The notes under the pieces: generated by a model
Databases searched by the model: none
Seen by the model: the letters and a program-made list of their open reading frames with translations, nothing else
What the model was told of the DNA's origin: nothing
Position numbers and translations under genes: made by a program
Shown: positions 13,265-25,717 of the stretch, in pieces
How the letters are laid out: each line of letters opens with the position of its first letter
Position numbering within the stretch: position 1 is the first letter of the stretch
DNA from: Zancudomyces culisetae HAW-14-8
Lineage: Eukaryota; Fungi; Kickxellomycota
DNA: 64,000 nt
Assembly: GCA_052426225.1 (NCBI GenBank)
Contig: JBNJNM010000015.1
Span: forward strand, 1,488,001 to 1,552,000
Reading direction: 5' to 3'

Positions 13265-14390
13265 ATGATATCAAAGGGGCTAGCTAGAGACATTTTCATC
13301 ACTTTTGGTGACTCAATAACCGAGCTTGGATACCAAGTAGAAAAGGGTGGTTGGGTATCACAGTTGGCAAACCAGTATGTACGAAAAATAGAAGTAGTTA
13401 ACAGAGGATATTCAGGTAAGACGACCATGTTAGATTCTATGTATATTTCAGTGTGTTACTAGCGTGTATATTATCACACAACATACCAATTGTTTGTACA
13501 AATATGCTTGAGCCAAGTTCTGAAATAAATTACAACTTTTCGTTTTCAGTGTAACTAAAGTAGTAAGACAAAAAGTCTGAAATACCAAACAAATACATTT
13601 TGTATTGAAAATAGGATATAACACCAGGTGGGGAAAGCATATATTTTTTAAAACATTTCCAAAAAGATCAGATGGGTCTAGCATAGCTAGTAAGGATGAA
13701 CAAAAAGATTCATCGGAAAATGCGGACAATGGTAAGGTGAACTATGAACAACAGATACTGACAGGATTCGAGGAAAGTAGAACCCCAAGAATAAGGTTGG
13801 TAACGCTATTTTTGGGAGCAAATGATAGCTCTTTGCCAAATTGGTTTCAACATGTTCCGCTAGCCGAATATGGTGCCAACATACGTCAAATGATTGATTT
13901 TTTAACAAACAAAGAGTCAGAATACTACAATCCTGATGTGAAAATAATATTGATCACTCCACCACCACTGTGTAGTACAATGTGGGAAGAAATCCTCAAG
14001 GAAAAGGGGTACACAGAGGTTAATAGAAGCAACCAGTCAGTAAAAATCTATGCTGACGAGGTGGTGAAAATTGGAAAAGATTACAACATTCCTGTTATAA
14101 ACCTGTGGCAAGGAATCGAGGATAAGATCCAGGAACTGAAGAATGCTGCAGCCAACTCAAATGGTTCACAGCAACAACAAGACACAAAAACAGATCAAAA
14201 ATACTGTACTGATGTAAACAATCCAAGATTCGGGTATGATCGGTATCTCTGTGATGGGCTACATTTGGAGAACTTAGGAAATGACTTTTTGTTTAAGAGC
14301 CTGATGGAAACCATAAACACAAACTTTCCAGAACTTAGCCCTGAAAATGTTCCCACATTTTTACCTACCTGGGAGACCATTATTCCATAA
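13265..14390 (+). CDS. IAH1: Isoamyl acetate-hydrolysing esterase-like SGNH hydrolase, copy 2 (308 aa)
   Basis: Exons 13265..13415 and 13615..14390. Same blocks as copy 1, with FLGAND. Confidence 0.93.
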
Positions 14391-14677
14391 GGTGGATGGA
14401 TATTTTAAGCTGGTGTTTTAGCTAGATATTTTGAATACTAGATGCTTTGGTTGTTAGTTTAACTTGTTCATTAAATTCTGGTATATTTGAGCAGGACTTA
14501 TTTTGCGGTTTTATGATGTAAAGTGCACTGATTTAAGATTTCAGGTTCACAGAAATGTATTTTTCATACACTTGAAACGGAATATAATGACTATAATAAC
14601 TATAGAATAAATACAAAACCAGCTAGCTTAAACCCAAAACCATATTTCAGGATTTTGGATAGTGTTCTTAAAAGTGA

Positions 14678-15109
14678 TTAGGCCTTTTCTTCTTTGACAG
14701 GCTCAGGCAAAGGAATGTCAGAGAAATCTTCTTGGCCAACAGCATACATCGAATAGTAATCTACATAATCAGAGATAACACATCCAAATTATTCTTATTA
14801 TGATAAGAGTAGTGATCATATATATATGTACATAAGATTAAAGAAAGGCTCGGGGTAATCCTTTGAGTGCTATGGATTTATGAAGGTACATTTGGACTTA
14901 CATATTCCAATTGCAGTCAAACTAAGCCCTGCAAACAAAGCTGCATTTTTCATTCGATACTGTTGACGACCGCGTTCCATGGATTCCTTGTTAGAATAGC
15001 TAGGTGTAAGTAAATATCGCCTGCCAATCTGTCTTGTAGAAACTAAGCGTGTTTTGGCTCCGTAGTTCAATGAAGCAGTTACGGATTTTCCAATTAGTTT
15101 GCCGAACAT
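14678..15109 (-). CDS. COA3: Cytochrome c oxidase assembly factor 3 (Coa3/CCDC56)
   Basis: Exons 15109..14902 and 14760..14678: ...RGRQQYRMKNAALFAGLSLTAIGIYYYSMYAVGQEDFSDIPLP, the typical Coa3 TM plus 'Y.SM.AV.QEDF.D' signature. Confidence 0.9.
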
Positions 15110-15781
15110 CTTTATATATTTTTTACTGCAGAAATAAATCTAAATATCAATTTGTGGTAGTTTTGAGTGTCTAGTACTGTTTACTTCGTCTTGTTCAAGA
15201 AAGTGTCTTTTTTATCTTCAAAAAAAAAAGAAAGAGACAAACTAGTTTCTGAAGCTGCTATACAAATTGATTTTGCTGCCTTTTTTTTATCTCAAACTAT
15301 TGAAAACCGCCAGGCTGAAATTTTTTATATTAACCTTAATTTTGATCGTAGTTTTTCAAATAGAAAAATGGGGTTAACTAGGTCATCCAACATTTTGCAA
15401 ATTAATCGACTGATATAGTAATGGCAATAAAATACAGAAATATTTGCACAAGTAAATATTGGAGTTACAGAGTAAAAAAGTATGCGTAAAAAGAAGCGAG
15501 TTTTAATATAAATGTGAACCAAACATGCTGGGTTGGTTATTTACATTCTTCTTATTTTGCCCGTCCGTTCGACTTTTTATATATTTTTGATTTTATTAAT
15601 GTAGATATTAATGTCTTTTACTTACAAAAACAGCCTAACTATACCTGAAAGGTTATAACGGGATGGATATCAGAATATAGGCTATTTGATTATGGCTGTA
15701 ATAAATAAATTTGCCACTATCTCGTTGATATATTTAGTGCATATTTCACAAAAAGAAACAACCAAAAACAAATAAATGAAC

Positions 15782-18437
15782 TCAAAATTTTTTAAAATCA
15801 GAGCCGGTTTCAGGATAAGGATCAGGATCAGGTTCGATATCAACATCAAGGTCAGAAGCAGTACCTGTATCAGGATTATCTGCAGTTGATGTTGTAGTTG
15901 TTTTAGACGTTGTAGGTGTGGGTGTTGATGTGGATGTGGATGTGGATGTCATAGTTTTTGGAGCGGATGCAGTGTTATCAATATTTGCAAAACTACCAGT
16001 GCTGTCAATAGTGGTGTTACCATCAACCATGTGGTGGGAACTAGATGCTACATTTCTGCCAGTAGGCATGTTTAAACCTGCATTTGCGTCGTTATTGATA
16101 GTGAATTTAGAAATTTCCTGCTGCTGTTTCGACAAAAACTTGGTGAGGACAGCTTTCGTCAGCGAAGAGGTGCGCTTGGAGTTAGAGAAAGGCCAGTACA
16201 CCTTACCTGCAAACTGGGCTTGCGATTGAGACGTAGACTGTGCTCTATTTTTATTTAGGAGCTCAACTTGTTCTTTAATCAACTTGTCCATCTTAGATGA
16301 GCTGATGGCGTCACCAGTATTGTTGTTGACGAGCTCATTAACATCAACGGCCTTTTCGCGTTTTGTATATTTCCGTTTCTTTCTTTTATTGTCTATTTTG
16401 ACCTTCGATCTGGGCTTCATAAACGAAAAAGAGGTAGAAGGCGTTGTGTTGATATTTACATAATCGGTCAGTCTTGGTCTACCTCTTTTCCGTTTCTTTG
16501 GAGAGTTTGGAATTAGAATATCGGGTTCGGATATCACAAGTGAACTGGCCTTAAGGTTAGAGTTTGTGTTGCTCTCATAGTTGCTGTACATGTCTTGAGC
16601 TATTGTTGATGTGTTTTTAGCTGGAAGTGGGTTGTTCAACGATGGCGTCAGCTTGGTTTTTTTTAATTGCACAGAATTACTTTTTGGGTCCTTTGAAGCA
16701 ACAATCGTGTAAGACGATGGGTTTGGTAGCTATCATTGTAAATCGATTAATTTTAAATTCCGAAGACCAAAAGAAAAAAAGGCACTAGTTTTTTTAATTA
16801 TATAAAACAATCTAAGATTAAATAGGATACCTTTTCCCCTGATTGTACAAAATGTAAGGCCGACCAAACTGGATAGTCTCTTTCCAACTGCATTATTCTC
16901 TCTTCCAAAGCCGACACTTTTTGATGAATGCTGAGCTTTGATGGGTAATCCTCTACGCGAATAAAAAACGTATTGTTATATATCTTGTTTTGCTGTTTTT
17001 ATACTAAAACTATAGATAGAGAGTGAGAATTTGAGTAAGCTTACTAAACGTCAAGTTCAAATGTGTTTTTAGGTTTTCAATTCTCTCTTCCAGCCCGGAA
17101 AGTGCAGAATTTTTGTTTAACTCATTAGCTGATGGTTTAACTTCGGCACTATTACCATCAGTATCAGTGGCCTTTTGAGGATTTGAGTGCATGTTGAATA
17201 AGTATGTTCCCTCAAGAACATCCCGCTCCATTTGCACGCCTCGATTTAACTCCCGAGCATCAACCCTGGAACATCTTGCTATTTTATCGAAATAGAAAAC
17301 TTGTCTTAAATGGATCTAATATTTTTATACAACACATGCACTTTGGATCTTGCTACTTACTCTCTCCCTCAGCTTTCTCTACTAAAAACTCTTTGTTATT
17401 GCTTTCATTGATAATCTCTCGTTGCCTCTCTAGAAACCGATCTAGTTCTTCCTGTTCCTATATAAACGAAGAATTGATCATGTTTTAGCATCAGAAGAGA
17501 AACAAAAAGTAAATACGTAGAGAGAGTCAAAAAATGTATATCTATTCTTTACCTGATCGTTATTTAGAGTTATCAAAACCTCTTTCTGTTGGTGTTTTCG
17601 CAGTCTTTCCTCGAGTTTCCGGATGTATTTTTGCGATTCTAAAGTTAAAAATGAAATGGTTTCAGGTTAAATACTGTATTAGTAACATGAGCTGGATATT
17701 AAATACTGAATACACAATAATGGATCAGAAAGGAGAAAAGTAATTAGGATATGCTCAAAGAAAAGAAAAAAAGGGAGAATAAACACAGGTACAAGTGTTG
17801 AACGTTTACCTTGTGGTGTTGAATCGTTACGTTTTGAGCCACTATTTCCGGTTGCATCCGATCCAATATTCCGCTGGATATATTCGATATTCTCCAACTC
17901 ATCCAACTCATCCAAGACACGCTATATATGTATAAATGTGAATACTTAGTTATATACCTATGTTTTAAGCAAGAAAAAGAGAAAAAAAAACTGTAGCTAT
18001 TCGTAGAGGAAAGCATCAATAAGGAAGAAAGAAATGTGCAAATACCAGTAAATCATCAATTAGTACTTCCAAAGAATCTAGTAGTATAGTTTTTTTCAGT
18101 GGGATTGAAAACAAATCCACCTCAGTCTCGAAGGCTTTACAGCTATGTAGTAAATGATTCTATTTTATACAAGCAAGTTTGGTTTTGCAAGTTAGTCTGT
18201 ATGATGTCTGTTTTTTCTACTCCTCCCCCCTCTTGTCCAAAAAAAAACAGAAAAAAGGAGACACGATGGATAAACCCTGTGCAAAAGGATACTAACCTTT
18301 TCAAAGAACTTTATAAATGGATAATACCAATTGTAGTTGACTCTAGTTTTTATGGGGGTATTTCTGGCTTTAGCTTTGGTTTCTGTATCCGTTTCTGTGT
18401 CGATTTCGATGTCGATTTCCGTAGCTGAGGATGCCAT
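15782..18437 (-). CDS. MBIP: MAP3K12-binding inhibitory protein (MBIP)-like protein with a C-terminal AT-hook/low-complexity tail
   Basis: Eight exons splice in frame, giving RFLERQREIINESNNKEFL...CSRVDAR...LEERIENLKTHL...SIHQKVSALEERIMQLERDYP, which matches the recalled MBIP conserved blocks. The last exon contains KKRKRGRPR. Confidence 0.8.
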
Positions 18438-18730
18438 TTATACTCCAACTCTTAATCTGAATACAGTTACTATTTACATAAAAGGGTTTTACGGGGTGGG
18501 TATTCAAATTTGTCGATTTATTATTAGTGATTTAAGGAAAAGCAAAAAAAAAAAAACAAAAGTAACAAGAAAGGGCTGGTCTTTTTTGATACTTTACAAG
18601 TTCTTAGTGCAATTTTTTTAATATCATTTTTTTTATTCCAGGTTCAACACGAAAGTTGAAAAAAAAAATAAGGATGAATAGAACGAAAAGAAAAAAGAAA
18701 AAAAGTATATTGCTAAGGAGCTAAATAAAA

Positions 18731-20303
18731 TTAACGGTCAACTTCACCGAATACCAAATCACAAGTACCGACAATGGCCACCAGATCAGCGACAAGACTT
18801 CCTACAGCCATCTTGTGGACACCACCAAGATGGTAGAAGCCAGGGGCTCTAATATGGCATTTGTAAGGCTTGCTTCCGCCATCAGAAACAAGGTAAATAC
18901 CCATCTCGCCCTTAGGAGCCTCAATGGCAGTGTATGTTTCACCAGCAGGGACGTTGTAGCCCTCAGAGAAGAGCTTAAAGTGATGAATGACAGCCTCCAT
19001 ATCCGATTTCATGGCATGTCTTGGAGGAGGAGAAATCTTCCAGTCATCAATCTTGTGTAGACCAGGAGGCATGTTATCAAGGCATTGTTTAATGATTCTG
19101 ATACTCTGACGCATTTCTTCTATACGGACCAAGTATCTGTCATAGGTATCACCACGAGTACCAACTGGAATGTCGAATTCCAATTTGTCATAGACTTCGT
19201 AAGGAGCAGATTTACGGATGTCCCAGCGGAGACCAGAGGCTCTAAGCATAGGACCGGTGAATCCCCAATCAAGAGCTTCTTGAAGAGTCAACACACCAAT
19301 GCCAACTGTTCTGTTCATCCAGATTCTGTTTCCAGTGACCAATTCTTCAACTTCATCCAATCTGTCGGGGAACTGGTCAGCCCACTTGTAGATATCCTCC
19401 ATCAACCCACGGGGAATATCCGCTGTCACTCCTCCTGGTCGAACATATGCTGCGTGCATTCGTGCTCCTGACACGCGCTCATAAAACTCTAAACACTTTT
19501 CACGCTCCTCAAACAGATACAAAAATGGTGTGAACGCACCGACATCCATAACGTGTGCGCCTACGGCCAACATGTGGTTCAAAATACGTGTGATTTCAGC
19601 AAACAGTACACGAATGTATTTTGCTCGCTCTGGAATATCTATATTTAGCAATTTTTCTACTGAAAGTGCAAATACTTGTTCGTTAGTCATCATGGAACAG
19701 TAATCCAACCGATCCAGGTATGGGAGTGCCTGCAAGTATGTCTTGTATTCCATCAATTTTTCGGTTCCTCGATGTAGCAGCCCAATATGTGGGTCACAAT
19801 GTGTTACTTTTTCTCCATCAAGTTCTATAATCAACCGAAGTACACCGTGCGCTGCTGGATGTTGTGGTCCAAAATTGAGTGTAAATGGTTTGATTGTAAC
19901 CTGATCCTCTCTGCTTTGCAACTCAGCTATTTTTTATATAATTTTTCCCCCCATTCCCCGTTAGTACCATTATCCCAACACTTTTAATCTACCTTTTTAT
20001 TCAGGATGCAATGATATGTAGTGTTTCAATCTACTTACGCGAAATCTTTTCTACATAGTCGTCTGGTGTAGTTCCTGGTGGTACGATTCTGCCTCCCACC
20101 ATGTAACTGTCCTCTCTTCCACTTGGCTCTGGATAATTAGTGTAATTTCGCCTGTTTTTGAGTCCCACTCCAATCTTCTTGTTTCCATGTAAAAGTCCAT
20201 AACCAAACTGTCTTTTTACTGAATTGCTAATTGAGACCTTTTCGGTCTTCATAAGCCCTCCGAGGCTGCCGAGTTTTCTTATGCCAAATCTACCGCCAAT
20301 CAT
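18731..20303 (-). CDS. NDUFS2: NADH:ubiquinone oxidoreductase 49 kDa subunit (nuclear-encoded Nad7/NuoD homologue)
   Basis: Exon 20303..20039 (presequence), intron 20038..19927, then [16 protein letters not shown]...RLDY...DLVFGEVDR. Confidence 0.98.
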
Positions 20304-21699
20304 TTCCCAATCAGGAGAAGTTTGTCATAAAAGATTTAGTTAATCTTTTAACTTTGTATTTTTTTTTTGCACTGATAGTTGTGAATTTATTTTATTTTAT
20401 AATCTATAAACAAATTTTTTTTTACTAATTGCTTTTCGGCTACGTTTTACCAGTCTTTTTTTTTTGGCGGCACTGAACTTGAATTAATCCTCAGAGTTTG
20501 GATTATTTTAACCAGAAACAATCTTTCCAGTAATTAGTTGAAAAAAAAAGCATTATGAAATAGATAAACTATTGTGGTTTTTACAGAACTCAGCTTATTG
20601 GAGTTGCAAGAAATCATAATCAGTTTAGTTTTACCATCAGTCGCTCCTCGCCTCCCCCCTTTTTTTTATCCTGCTTTTATCATATTTATCCCTATTTTTA
20701 TATTCATGTGGGCGTAATTTACATATACACAGTGACAACCAGAGTAAGACATAGGTGTAGTTGTAAACTATACTGCCCGACCCATACCATAGCTGGATGT
20801 ATGGCGAGGCTAGCTATTAAGCAAGACCAAAGTGGGTCAGCTAGACTCTTTTTTATTATAAGCGCTTTTTCGCTTTTCATCCAAGTTTGATATTAAATAT
20901 TCTTTTTTGCTGCTAGCTCTTGCAAAAGAAAACCACTTTAAATAGAGTTTAGAAATAACTGTAGGTGGACCGGTATACAAGAAAAATAGTTGACTAGCAA
21001 TACCATCTTTTTTTGCCGCAGTGCTTTATTTCTTTTTCATTTTCAAGATAGCCTTTTCCCTGGCACACAACTCCTTTACTCATTTATCTGGATGTTATTT
21101 CAATCTCACAGCTGCTAGACTGGCGATTAATATGCCAGTTATCAAAGCGGCGTTAATTGGACGGATGACAGAGTTCAGCTGTTTGGTTATTATGGAGCTT
21201 GCTTCTTTGATTTTTTTTTTCCAAGTCCGAATCCCCTCCCCTTCCTCCTCTTTTCATTTCTTGCTCCTGGCAAATCCGCTAATTGCCTTTTCACTCACCA
21301 AATTTCACCCCCCCCCCTTACTTTTACCAAACAAGAAAAATATTTGATAAAAAAATTTTTTTTTTCATTTTGCTAAATTTTATTTCTTTCAGTTCTTAGA
21401 TTATTTATAAATACATCGCTTTTTTGAATTGTACATAGTAAATCGAATAACCTAAATAATACTAATACAGTAAAGAAAAAGGGATTTATCAAGGGAACTG
21501 TGATGCAAGTTCTATTTAAAGGGGAGGTGGGTTTCAAGGACACTACAATATTCTTGATCATCTTCCTTTGAACAGTGGAACATTTCGGAGCGAGAAAGGT
21601 AAGATATTTATATATTCAACTATTTATTACTCATAAACTTGACATGAAAGGGTGGGGTTAAAGGGGGGAAGAATAAAATTGTTTGGTGGTATTCTTTAT

Positions 21700-21799
21700 G
21701 TTTAATGAATGATGACGAAAAATAACTTTATATGCATGGCTTTCATAATTTAATGTTGCTGAAAAACGGTTATAATTATAAAAAACTGTCTGATTAAAC
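21700..21799 (+). ncRNA. Candidate intronic box C/D snoRNA
   Basis: Box C ATGATGA at 21709..21715, box D CTGA at 21790..21793, terminal stem GTTTAA/TTAAAC. Lies inside a putative + strand intron 21599..21915 (GTAAGA...CTAG) with no flanking ORF. Confidence 0.45.
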
Positions 21800-22220
21800 G
21801 CTAACATCTGCACTTGCGTCAATGTTTATTCAAATATATGTGTTATTCTATACAACAATTATGTTTTCTGAAACTATATTAACACATGTATTATCTGTAT
21901 TATTGTTTTAACTAGGTAAATGGCAATGTGCTTCGAAATACGCATTATTCATATATTTTGATTCATCTTCATTTATTAGAACTTGGTATACTTAGTAATA
22001 TATGTAGCATTTGATGTTTTTGTAAATAAAGCAAGTGCCGATGTATTAAACAGAAAAAAGTACATTAAGATATCCATCCAGTTTGATATATTTTTGTTCA
22101 TTTGAATAGCCAAGCTATAGAGTTGATATATTCAAGTTTTACTAGGCACCACTGCTCCAAAGAAAGAGTGTAGTTGTTTATTGCTAAAATTAAGGAAGGT
22201 ATCACGGGAATTCTAGATGT

Positions 22221-23487
22221 CTAAGCTAGTTGACGAGTTATCTCTTTTACTTGAAAATTACCTATAAAGCGTTTATACATGTGTACATAGTTGTTATTTA
22301 TGGGCTTATTTGCATGGTAAATATGAGTAAACGCACAAATATAAACTAAATTGCATAGTGCATTACATTTAGGGGGGGTGTCCATGTTAAAAGTAACTTC
22401 GGTCTTTACCCCAAAGCTGTACAAAACACCCTTCAGGATCCCACAGGCAAGGTTCAAAAACTATATGAAGAGAGTAGAGGGGGGAGGAGAAGAGACGTTA
22501 TTTAAAAAACTGGGCTTATGTTTGACATTTTCTGGTTAAGATGTAGTAATGTACTAATGACAGTGTTTTTGGGGGAGAGGAGAAAAGGTATGCTTGTTTT
22601 CGGGTATTATCTTACATGTGTAGCTTCGTTAAGAGCTTCGTGGCTGTTTTCAATATTCGATATTTTAGTTATCCATTTGAACCGCAAGTCTTGTAGAATA
22701 TATATTCCCTAAAATGACATACATTACACAGTACCATATAGCGGTTAGTATGAGCAAGTATATATACATGGCGAACGCAGTATGGTTGTCAGTGGGTGTA
22801 AATTGGGATTAGTACCTTGTGGTTAGTCTTTAGATTGTCGATTTGTTTTTGAAACACCAAGTACCAAACATCCTTACAGATATATTTTACGACGTCCAGT
22901 GTATCGACGAGTCTTGGGATATCAGCAGAATATCTAAGGAGATATCATTTTTTTTGTCAATTCGATTTAATTGCTTATATCCTGTAACAATGCAAAGTCA
23001 AAAAACGGAGGTGTAACAAACCTTTCAGCAATCCTCGTACCAACTCTAAATCCGATATTCTCTAACTTTTTGTTGATAACAAGCAGATTATTTTCTCCAT
23101 TTTGTTCTACAAGGCCAGACAATTTGTAAAAATATTTAAATCAAAATCCATTTATATGAAGAGAAAGCAAAGGAATGGGATGGGATGGGATAGGGTCGGT
23201 AATGGAATCTAGGTAAACCTGTGCTACTACTTACCTTGGTTAGTATTATCAATTGGTGTCTCAAATTCGACCTGGTTTTTGAATAGGCGCTCGAGGTTTG
23301 CAATGTTGTAGTTTAGGGCCTTGGTAGATTTATCGCTGTTTGTGGTTGATGAGAGCTTTATAGATTGAACAAGGCTGAGCAGAAATAATTCGACTAGTGA
23401 ATTGTTTACAGCCAATGCAGATTGGTCCTGGCCCTTTGTATCGCCCGTCAGGTTTCGAAGAAGATTTATAGCATTAGCCACAGACAT
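22221..23487 (-). CDS. TRS33: TRAPP complex subunit Trs33/TRAPPC6
   Basis: Six exons splice in frame: [16 protein letters not shown]...[12 protein letters not shown]...[18 protein letters not shown]...CGILKGVL...PPKCNFQV. Confidence 0.95.
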
Positions 23488-24466
23488 TATATTCTCTTTT
23501 TATTTAATAATCGCTTATTTGTTTATTCTTATTTTACAAGTGCCTTTTAAATTATATTTTAAATTGTTACATAAATCCAGTTTAGGTAATTTTTGAATGC
23601 AAGAAAATAACAAGAACATGTGTGCATTATTTAAATAGAAAAGAAAGAGGTAATAAAAATGTTGATTCTACTAAAAATATTTAAATTCGTTTAAATTAAA
23701 TTGAGAAAAACAGGCATGGCCTTCGGCGTAATAACACACCCACTTTCTAGTGTATTTAAGCGGCTCAATTTTACATCACTAAAGTCGAAATTGAAGATCA
23801 CTCATATTCTAATAAAAGAGAAAACCATGCGACTTCGACATAAGATAAAAAAGGCAATAAGATTAGATTCCTATCCCCATCACTATCTCCATTTTTATTT
23901 CACCTCATCACACTCTTTGTAGCTTGTGCTTTGAGGTATTGTAATCTAATATGGTTTTCGCAAGTTGGTGTAAATATATGAAAGTAGTAGCAAAATTCCA
24001 CCCGGTTATTGCTCGCCATATACCTTGTGAATAAAAATGTCTGTACTAAGAAAATAAATGATGAAAATAGATAAACTAGCTTTTTAAAACCGACTTTTAG
24101 TGTATGTAAAGTTTCAGAGGGGGGGGGGAGCTAAAAAGAGAAGGATAGAGCATGTAAATACTGTAGATATTGTATAGAATAATTGATTGTTTTCTTTGTA
24201 CTATTCATTTAAAGTATATACTACGACAAAAAAAAAAGAAGACAAGTCTACAAAAGTTTAGCAAACCATAGTACAAGAGGGGAGGGGGAAGGCATTTTTA
24301 AAGTGCAATATAGATAGTACTTCCCGTATTAAAACAAAAAAAAACGTATATTGATAATATTAAGAGTGTAATGGTTGGCAAAAAGGAAATGCTAAAATAT
24401 GGGGGGAAAAATGTAGCGAGGTTATATATTATATACAATACAGATAACAGGACAAAAAAAAAGGAA

Positions 24467-25717
24467 CTACTTGCATTGCCAAACAGTAGCGTTAGTATCA
24501 ACGCTCCCAGTAGCCAAAAGAGGAGCAATAGGGCAAAAAGCAACGGTAGTAACAAAATGAGAGGCGGCGTCAATGGTTCGTACACATCGACCAGTTTTTA
24601 AATCCCAGACTTTAAGTCGCTTGTCATCAGAAACAGAGAGGAAAAAATGGCCAGAGGGATGAAAAACCAGAGAACGGACCCAGTTATCGTGTCCAACAAA
24701 GGTATGGACAGGTTGGCCAGAAGAGTCCCAAAGTTTAATCAGCTTGTCACGCGAACAGGATAGCACGTATCTGCCAGGGGTAGTGTTGGGCTGGATTTTC
24801 GGATCAAGACCCAATAGGTTAGCAATGGAAGAATAACAATTTGATGGCACAAACTCGGCACACTCGACAACATTCTCGTGGCCACGCAGGTCGAGCCTAC
24901 ACTCACCGGTATTGCCATCCCATACACGTACGCTTTGGTCGTTTGAGCATGTGACCAGTAACCGGTTATCTTCAGAAACAGAAGCACGGCGAACCCATTC
25001 AGCATGGCCCACGATTGTCTTGGTGCAGTATCCAGAGCTCAGCTCCCAGATTTTTATTGACTTGTCTCTTGATGCCGAAACGATCCGATCGGGACCCATA
25101 AAACAAACCGAGGATACAGAATGGTCATGCCCATATAATGTTCTGATGTTTTTGTATTCGTTTTGCACATCCCATATCCGAATAGTTAGATCAGAGGAGC
25201 ACGAAACCAAGTACTGCCCCTTGGGATCAAACGCTATATCTTGAACCGACTTTGTGTGTCCCTTCAGTGTGCGTTCGTATTCGCCTGTTTCTGCATCCCA
25301 TACTTTTATTGTCATATCCTCTGAGGCTGTCGCTAAGACCAAATATGATGGATGAAAAACAACGCGAGTAATTGGTCCCTTGTGCTGGCTTAGTTGTATA
25401 TGTTCCGTTTGTTGTGGCAAGTACTCGTTTGATCGCTCTCCCTTTCGTGAACCCACTGTCTTTAGTTGCTCCTCGCATTCTTCCATTTTGCTCTCTAATT
25501 CAATGATTTTTTTCTGTAGTCGGATCACCGAGGTCCATTTTTTTGCCAGCAAATTGTGATGGCGATCATTTTCGGAAGGTTGAAAATCTTGATTTCCGCT
25601 CTCGATTTGGAATTCCTGAAAACTTTTGCTATATCCTTGCATTTGTAGATAGTCGAGTATTGCTTTTTCCAACTCCGACTTTTGTCTCGTTGTTAGGGTT
25701 GCACCGAGGTATGACAT
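24467..25717 (-). CDS. PAC1: Lissencephaly-1/Pac1/NudF dynein regulator
   Basis: LisH motif, LAKKWTSVIRLQKKIIELE coiled coil, 7 WD40 repeats; intronless. Confidence 0.97.
   Translation of the reverse strand: MSYLGATLTTRQKSELEKAILDYLQMQGYSKSFQEFQIESGNQDFQPSENDRHHNLLAKKWTSVIRLQKKIIELESKMEECEEQLKTVGSRKGERSNEYLPQQTEHIQLSQHKGPITRVVFHPSYLVLATASEDMTIKVWDAETGEYERTLKGHTKSVQDIAFDPKGQYLVSCSSDLTIRIWDVQNEYKNIRTLYGHDHSVSSVCFMGPDRIVSASRDKSIKIWELSSGYCTKTIVGHAEWVRRASVSEDNRLLVTCSNDQSVRVWDGNTGECRLDLRGHENVVECAEFVPSNCYSSIANLLGLDPKIQPNTTPGRYVLSCSRDKLIKLWDSSGQPVHTFVGHDNWVRSLVFHPSGHFFLSVSDDKRLKVWDLKTGRCVRTIDAASHFVTTVAFCPIAPLLATGSVDTNATVWQCK

Larger units (their letters stand above)
10921..14575 (+). repeat. Tandem segmental duplication containing IAH1 (10921..12333 vs 13194..14575, offset about 2273)
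   Basis: Direct alignment shows near-identity across 5' flank, intron, CDS and 3' flank. Weaker homology extends upstream (about 10500..10845 vs about 12633..12970). Confidence 0.97.

Noticed and set aside
18282-18296. U12-type donor GTATCCTTTT in MBIP intron 1, and GTATCCT at 16830
   Set aside because: Using the first breaks the frame, and neither intron has a TCCTTAAC branch site; normal U2 splicing explains the gene.
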